Shown here in pieces: positions 49,479-54,413 of a stretch of DNA of 54,413 bases (positions are counted from its first letter, which is position 1; each line of letters opens with the position of its first letter). The translations under genes and the position numbers were made by a program. The notes beneath the pieces are model-generated. The model saw only the letters and a list, made by a program, of their open reading frames with translations. It had not been told where the DNA came from and made no database searches. The stretch comes from Actinomycetota bacterium (GTDB taxonomy: Bacteria > Actinomycetota > Actinomycetes > Nanopelagicales > Nanopelagicaceae): the NCBI GenBank assembly GCA_947477185.1, contig CANJTH010000001.1:1-54413 (forward strand), in the 5' to 3' direction.

Positions 49479-49609
49479 GTAACTCCCCCTTATTTCAAAA
49501 ATGACCAGACAAGAATGATTGGTCATTTGGTTTTAAGTAATTCAATACTTACTGCAGTGTTCTGTCAAGAGTCAAAGGCAAAACAAAGGAGAAAAATCCA
49601 CACTGGGAG

Positions 49610-50311
49610 CTAAGGGGTAGCCTTTACAGGCGATTGTGCGCTATGCGCAGAAACTTTTTTCTCAAGTTGGGCTAATAGTCGAGAAATGGTTAATACAGCA
49701 ATTAAATAAAGAAGACCTGCGAAAGTATAAAACTCAAATGGCTTGTAATGTAAATCTGCTAATTGCTGGGTTTCGCGCATTAATTCAGGTACACCAATGA
49801 TGCTTAAAATCGCGGTATCTTTGATCGCATCCACATATTGATTACCAAGTGGTGGAATAATAATCCTAAATGCTTGCGGCAAAACAATTAAACGAGTGAC
49901 ATCTCTTTTAGAAAGACCTAGTGCCATACCCGCTTCAACTTGCCCGCTATCTATTGCGGAGATGCCAGATCGGAAAGTTTCAGCTAGATATCCGCTATTT
50001 AGGAGACCTAAAGTGACCACGCCAGCCATAATTGCGGGCATGTTAATCCCGACAGCAATTGCAAGTCCAAAATATACCCAGATCAAAAGGACATAGAGAG
50101 GAATTCCACGAAATAGTTGAGTGTATAAAAAAGCAAAAGCCTTGAGAGATTTAACCGAAGATAACCTCATTAAGGCGATGATTAACCCGAATATTATTGC
50201 AATTATAATTGCGAATGTCGCACATGCCATAGCAAGACCAAATCCTTTTAATAGTATTCCCATACTTGACCAAACAGATGTGAAGTCAAAAAAAGGTTCT
50301 GCTCTAAACAT
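49610..50311 (-). CDS. Polar amino-acid ABC permease (HisM/GlnP family)
   Basis: FRGIPL, YLAETFRSGI..ID.GQ.EA..ALG, LPQA.R...PPLGNQ, KDTA. Confidence 0.92.
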   Translation of the reverse strand: MFRAEPFFDFTSVWSSMGILLKGFGLAMACATFAIIIAIIFGLIIALMRLSSVKSLKAFAFLYTQLFRGIPLYVLLIWVYFGLAIAVGINMPAIMAGVVTLGLLNSGYLAETFRSGISAIDSGQVEAGMALGLSKRDVTRLIVLPQAFRIIIPPLGNQYVDAIKDTAILSIIGVPELMRETQQLADLHYKPFEFYTFAGLLYLIAVLTISRLLAQLEKKVSAHSAQSPVKATP

Positions 50312-50987
50312 GTGCCTTACTCCTTCCCAGGCGGCGTTCTAAAAGCCATACAAATCCAGAGATTGTGAGTGTAAGTGAGACGAAAATTAAACCTGCAACC
50401 GTATAGAGTTCAAATGGTGTAAAAGTGGCAAGTGAAACATATCGAGCAACATAAATCATGTCTGAGACACCAATAACCGAAACGATAGTTGCACCTTTAA
50501 GAAGCCCCACATAAACATTTACAGTTGGTGGAATGACAATGCGCAATGCCTGAGGTAGAACAATTCCTCGAAAAACTTGACCTTTGCTTAAACCTATTGC
50601 AAGCCCTGCCTCAGATTGGCCAGGAGCAATAGCAAGTAACCCACTTCGGAAAACTTCAGCCATATAAGCACCACCAGTTATTCCAAGGGCTAATGCGCCT
50701 GCTTGGAATTCGGTAAGCAGGAGGTTGAATTTGAGAGAAAGGCCATAATAAATCCAGAATAAAAGAACAAATAGGGGAATGGATCGACTTAGTTGCACGG
50801 CTCCGTCAGAAATTGCACTGATGAGTTTATTTGAATTTAGACGTCCAACTGCCAAGATTAATCCGAAGATAAGGGCTAGCGCCATTCCGACAGCTGAGAT
50901 TTCTAGAGTTATGGACAAGCCCTTAAGGAGTTCGGGCAGATATTTATGGATGACATTCCAGTCGATTTTGTACGCTGAGCTACTCAT
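50304..50987 (-). CDS. Polar amino-acid ABC permease (HisM/GlnP family)
   Basis: RSIPL, AYMAEVFRSG, GQSEA..AIGL, LPQALR. Confidence 0.92.
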   Translation of the reverse strand: MSSSAYKIDWNVIHKYLPELLKGLSITLEISAVGMALALIFGLILAVGRLNSNKLISAISDGAVQLSRSIPLFVLLFWIYYGLSLKFNLLLTEFQAGALALGITGGAYMAEVFRSGLLAIAPGQSEAGLAIGLSKGQVFRGIVLPQALRIVIPPTVNVYVGLLKGATIVSVIGVSDMIYVARYVSLATFTPFELYTVAGLIFVSLTLTISGFVWLLERRLGRSKAHV

Positions 50988-51787
50988 TAGTTTAAAATCG
51001 CTGCGAGAAAAGTCCTGGTACGAGGTTCCACCGTATTGCGAATTTCTTCAGGAGAACCAATTTCTACGATTTTTCCTTCATCCATGAAGACAATACGGTT
51101 AGCCACCTGGAATGCGAAGTTCATTTCATGGGTGACGATGACCATTGTCATCCCTATTCCGGCGAGCCGGCGGATCTCTTCAAGAATTCCACTGACTAGT
51201 TCTGGATCGAGAGAAGAAGTAACCTCATCAAAGAGCATGACTTTCGGCTTAAGGGCTAAAGCACGGGCAATAGCAACGCGCTGTTTTTGGCCACCAGATA
51301 GTTTTTCTGGATACTGGTCAAACTTATCCGAGAGCCCCACCCGGCTGAGTTCAACTTCGGCCGTTTTACGTGCCTCACTCTTGTTCATGTTTCTTACCTT
51401 CATAAGTCCCAACATCACATTCTGTGTTGCGGTCATATGTGGGAAGACATTGAAGTTCTGAAAAACCATGCCGATATCACCTCGTAACCCAATTAATGCT
51501 TTTTGATATCTCTGATTAGCCAAGAAATTGAATTTAGAATGGAAAACATTCCAGGAATGACCTTGGAAGATAACAGTTCCGATGTCAGGAGCTGCAATAA
51601 AGTTAATGCAACGTAATAAGGTGCTCTTTCCCGAACCACTAGGGCCGATAATTACTAGGACTTCACCTTCAGCAATGTCAATATTTACATCATCAAGGAC
51701 TTTATGGCTCCCAAAACTCTTAGAGACGTTCTTCAATTGGAGAAAAGCGTGTACTTGATTCTCAGTCGTAGCATCATTTTCACTCAT
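50987..51787 (-). CDS. Polar amino-acid ABC ATPase (GlnQ family)
   Basis: GPSGSGKST, LSGGQKQRVAIARAL, FDEVTSSLDPE, VTHEM.FA. Confidence 0.93.
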   Translation of the reverse strand: MSENDATTENQVHAFLQLKNVSKSFGSHKVLDDVNIDIAEGEVLVIIGPSGSGKSTLLRCINFIAAPDIGTVIFQGHSWNVFHSKFNFLANQRYQKALIGLRGDIGMVFQNFNVFPHMTATQNVMLGLMKVRNMNKSEARKTAEVELSRVGLSDKFDQYPEKLSGGQKQRVAIARALALKPKVMLFDEVTSSLDPELVSGILEEIRRLAGIGMTMVIVTHEMNFAFQVANRIVFMDEGKIVEIGSPEEIRNTVEPRTRTFLAAILN

Positions 51788-51920
51788 TACTCTGTGAACT
51801 CCCTAATTAAGCCAATGCGTTGAGAAGACTTTCTTGATTTCATTCCTAATGTAACAAAAAACTTTTTTGAGTTCAAGGAATTAAGCTATAACTCACATAA
51901 AGAGTCAAATATCGCCATAA

Positions 51921-51935
51921 GTACGCTACCCGAAC
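51921..51935. promoter_or_regulatory. Putative IclR operator (exact consensus)
   Basis: GTACG-CTACC-CGAAC between the divergent ABC operon and the FAD oxidase gene. Confidence 0.65.
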
Positions 51936-52021
51936 AGGGAATGGGTGAGTAAAAAACCATAGGTTTCGAGCCCCAAGCAATTACTGAAGATGAATCTTAA
52001 ATAAAGGGTTAAAGTTCATAA

Positions 52022-53305
52022 GTGAGCAAAGCAATCGTTATTGGCGCCGGAGTAATCGGATGCTCGATTGCTTATGAAATGGCACGCCAGGGTTATGAGG
52101 TTATTGCACTCGATAAGGCCCAGAGCCCAGGACAGGGCTCATCAAATGCATCAAGCGCGGTTGTTCGTTTTAATTACTCTACTTTTGATTCAGTAGCCCT
52201 TGCATGGGAGTCATTTCATTGCTGGAAAAACTGGCCTGAGCACCTTGGAAATAAACAGGAGCGCTATTCACAGATGATAGATGTGGGTGTGGTTATGTTG
52301 GATGCACCCGTAATTTCAGGTGAGAAAACATCACAGTTATTTGAAGCCGTTGGAGTCCCGTATGAAGTCTGGAGTTCAGATGAGCTGGCAAAAAATGTAA
52401 CTGGAATCGATGTTGGCAAGTATTGGCCACCAAAGTTATTGGCCGATGGAGCCTTTTGGGAAGATGCCAAAGATTCACTTGGTGCGATCTTCACACCAAA
52501 TGGTGGATATATCGATGATCCACTACTTGCAACGCAGAATTTGGCACAGGCTGCACTTAATACTGGGGTTACCTTTCGCTTCAAAACTACAGTAACAGCC
52601 ATCCTTCGTGAGGGTAATAAAACTCTTGGAGTAGAAGTAAATAACTCTGAAAAGATTTTCGCCGAGATCGTAATCAATGTTGGTGGGCCATGGTCTAATC
52701 AAATCAATGCACTTGCCGGAGTTGGCCAAGATTTCACAATCTCTGTAAGAGCCATGCGGCAGGAGGTTCATCAAATCAATACACCGATGAACTTACTTCC
52801 TGGCCCTATTATTGGAGATTTAGACCTTGGAACATATATGAGATCTACGCCAGCGGGTTCAACACTTATCGGTGGTACCGAACCTGAGTGTGATGGGCTT
52901 GAGTGGGTAGATGATGTCGATGCAGTTAATCTCAATAGAACGAAGGAGAAGTTCGAAGCCCAAGTTACGCGTGCAGCTCGCAGGCTTCCTGCACTAAAGA
53001 TTCCAAACGCACCATCTGGCATCGCTGGCATTTATGACGTTGCCTCGGACTGGACACCTATTTATGATCGAACTGATCTTGATGGCTTCTATGTAGCCAT
53101 AGGCACTAGCGGAAATCAATTTAAGAACGCTCCTATGGTCGGCAAACTCATGTCCCAACTCATTAGTGAAGTCGATGGCGGACGCAACCATGATCTTGAG
53201 CCTGTACGGGTGCGCTGTGGACATACGGGAAATGAGATCAATATGGGAGCTTTTTCGCGCAAGCGCTTATTTAACGCTGATAATACTGGGACGGTGATGG
53301 GCTAA
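52022..53305 (+). CDS. FAD-dependent amine oxidoreductase (DAO / sarcosine oxidase beta-like)
   Basis: VIGAGVIG, GSSNASSAVVR, NVGGPWS, YDVASDWTPIYD, GTSGNQFKNAP. Confidence 0.87.
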   Translation: MSKAIVIGAGVIGCSIAYEMARQGYEVIALDKAQSPGQGSSNASSAVVRFNYSTFDSVALAWESFHCWKNWPEHLGNKQERYSQMIDVGVVMLDAPVISGEKTSQLFEAVGVPYEVWSSDELAKNVTGIDVGKYWPPKLLADGAFWEDAKDSLGAIFTPNGGYIDDPLLATQNLAQAALNTGVTFRFKTTVTAILREGNKTLGVEVNNSEKIFAEIVINVGGPWSNQINALAGVGQDFTISVRAMRQEVHQINTPMNLLPGPIIGDLDLGTYMRSTPAGSTLIGGTEPECDGLEWVDDVDAVNLNRTKEKFEAQVTRAARRLPALKIPNAPSGIAGIYDVASDWTPIYDRTDLDGFYVAIGTSGNQFKNAPMVGKLMSQLISEVDGGRNHDLEPVRVRCGHTGNEINMGAFSRKRLFNADNTGTVMG

Positions 53306-53337
53306 AATTCGAAAGTAAGTAAATCTTTTCGGGTGCA

Positions 53338-54192
53338 CTACTTCTTGGCGATATTTAATGCAAAATTTAAAGCCGGACCAGCTAATTTGTCATGTAGTTC
53401 AAAGAAGTTTTCAGTTGCTTGGTAGCCAGCCCAAGATTTAGGTAAAAACTCTTTAGGAAGACCTGGATCAAAATACGGCGCATGCCGCCAATTGGTAAGT
53501 ATCGTTGTGTAGTCACGAAATGCTCTAGCTGCATCGATTACGTTATTTCGAGAGGCCCAATATTTAATGACGGGTTTGGTAGTTTTACTAAAAGAGGTGT
53601 AAACCTCTTGAATACCCTCGAGATCCCACCATTCTTGGACTGCGGCAGATGTTGGAACAAAGGCCATATGTTCGGCGGAGAAAAAATTCATATACTTTTC
53701 AACTTTGAGCGATTTAGCTAGTGAGATGGCATCACCACTTAGCTGGCGAGGGGCTATCCAAAGTCCACCGCTCACTTGCGCAAAACCTATTCTCGTTAAG
53801 CGAGATCTAAGTTGATATCGTACTGATCGAAGTTTTTCAGGAATTGAAAATGCAACCAAAATCCAACCCTCGTTAATGGGGGAATCGCGGCGCTGGAGTA
53901 CTCGGGAATCACCTTGGTCGAAGGATTTTCGCATTTCGGGAGAAATCGCATAGCCAATAACGCCATTTTGCTTTTTAGAGATCAACATTCCTCGGCGTTT
54001 AAATCGCGCAAGTGCGCTCCTGGCGGCATCTTCGGCGACATCTAGTTCGGCACAGAGTTGGATTATCGTATTTGCAGAGAACCAACCTCCGTTGAAGCGG
54101 CTATAAGCAGCGAAAATAGTGATGATCAGAGACTGAGGGCGCGCAGATCTATCAACTAAATCTCGGGCTTCTCCACTAAAGATACTGTCCAT
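53338..54192 (-). CDS. PaaX family transcriptional regulator
   Basis: SLIITIF, AARSALAR..RRG, W.LVAFSIPE..R..R..LR..L...GF, WWDL, DPGLP.E.LP..W.G. Confidence 0.88.
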   Translation of the reverse strand: MDSIFSGEARDLVDRSARPQSLIITIFAAYSRFNGGWFSANTIIQLCAELDVAEDAARSALARFKRRGMLISKKQNGVIGYAISPEMRKSFDQGDSRVLQRRDSPINEGWILVAFSIPEKLRSVRYQLRSRLTRIGFAQVSGGLWIAPRQLSGDAISLAKSLKVEKYMNFFSAEHMAFVPTSAAVQEWWDLEGIQEVYTSFSKTTKPVIKYWASRNNVIDAARAFRDYTTILTNWRHAPYFDPGLPKEFLPKSWAGYQATENFFELHDKLAGPALNFALNIAKK

Positions 54193-54274
54193 TTGGGAAT
54201 GCTAGTGTGCAGGAGTGTAATTGCAAGGGTTTCTAAAGAGAATAATTAGGATAGGTGCCTACCAGGGGGTTCTA

Positions 54275-54413
54275 GTGGCTAACGTATATGTTGAAGTAAA
54301 GCGGATCTTAGAGTGGATGGAAACCGATGCCGCTGGCCATCAACATTACACATCGGCATTTCGTTGGGTGGAAGAGTGCGAGTCTGCTTTGTATCGCAAG
54401 CTAGAACTGCCGA
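54275..54413 (+). CDS. Acyl-CoA thioesterase, 4HBT/YbgC hotdog family (3'-partial)
   Basis: Not in the ORF track. GTG at 54275 after AGGGGG gives VANVYVEVKRILEWMETDAAGHQHYTSAFRWVEECE, containing the W.ETDAAGH motif. Confidence 0.72.
   Translation, partial: MANVYVEVKRILEWMETDAAGHQHYTSAFRWVEECESALYRKLELP

Larger units (their letters stand above)
10277..54413. other. tRNA-Tyr-associated catabolic genomic island (right end not in window)
   Basis: Abrupt change from core genes to accessory catabolic and transport genes right after the tRNA; sequence looks more AT-rich; strand switches are frequent. Confidence 0.75.

Noticed and set aside
51890-51906. ACTC-N7-GAGT palindrome and scattered ACTCA half-sites as a second operator
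   Set aside because: Spacing is inconsistent between promoters and the motif is too short to support by eye.
10192-54413. Integrative element or prophage at tRNA-Tyr
   Set aside because: No integrase, transposase, phage gene or duplicated tRNA 3' end was seen by eye; the right boundary is outside the window.
1-54413. CRISPR array, tandem repeats, rRNA or riboswitches
   Set aside because: No periodic repeats were seen, the intergenic gaps are short, and no recognisable structured-RNA motif was found; an Rfam scan would be needed to exclude them fully.

Overview
The window looks like chromosomal DNA from a low-GC, streamlined actinobacterium; an acI / 'Ca. Planktophila'-like lineage is inferred from actinobacterial-type proteins, low GC and abutting genes, and was not checked against a database. 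Bases 1-10.3 kb are core genome: nuoH (5'-truncated), nuoIJKLMN, a polyprenyl synthase, rarD, yajQ and tRNA-Tyr(GTA). Directly after the tRNA begins a catabolic island of at least 44 kb that runs off the right edge, with no integrase or att repeat visible. It carries: (i) a DUF885 / SnoaL / M24 peptidase / Dpp-type ABC / amidohydrolase peptide-uptake block; (ii) a PcaR-like IclR regulator behind a thiolase remnant; (iii) gabD divergent from an operon of omega-aminotransferase, AcoX-like kinase, strongly divergent GcvPA/GcvPB (no GcvH/GcvT in view) and a lambda-crystallin-like dehydrogenase; (iv) two scattered sets of HcnABC / opine-oxidase / D-hydroxyproline-dehydrogenase-like subunits, each with a DapA-family lyase, plus a third FAD amine oxidase; (v) an old yellow enzyme, three SDRs, catIJ, a polar amino-acid ABC transporter with a Tat-signal binding protein, PaaX and a thioesterase. 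Six intergenic GTNCG-N5-CGNAC (PcaR/PobR-type) boxes suggest one regulon spanning the island. The best candidate for an undescribed system is this co-regulated pathway for an unusual amino acid or peptide, centred on the non-canonical GcvP. All calls come from reading motifs by eye; the substrates are unknown.
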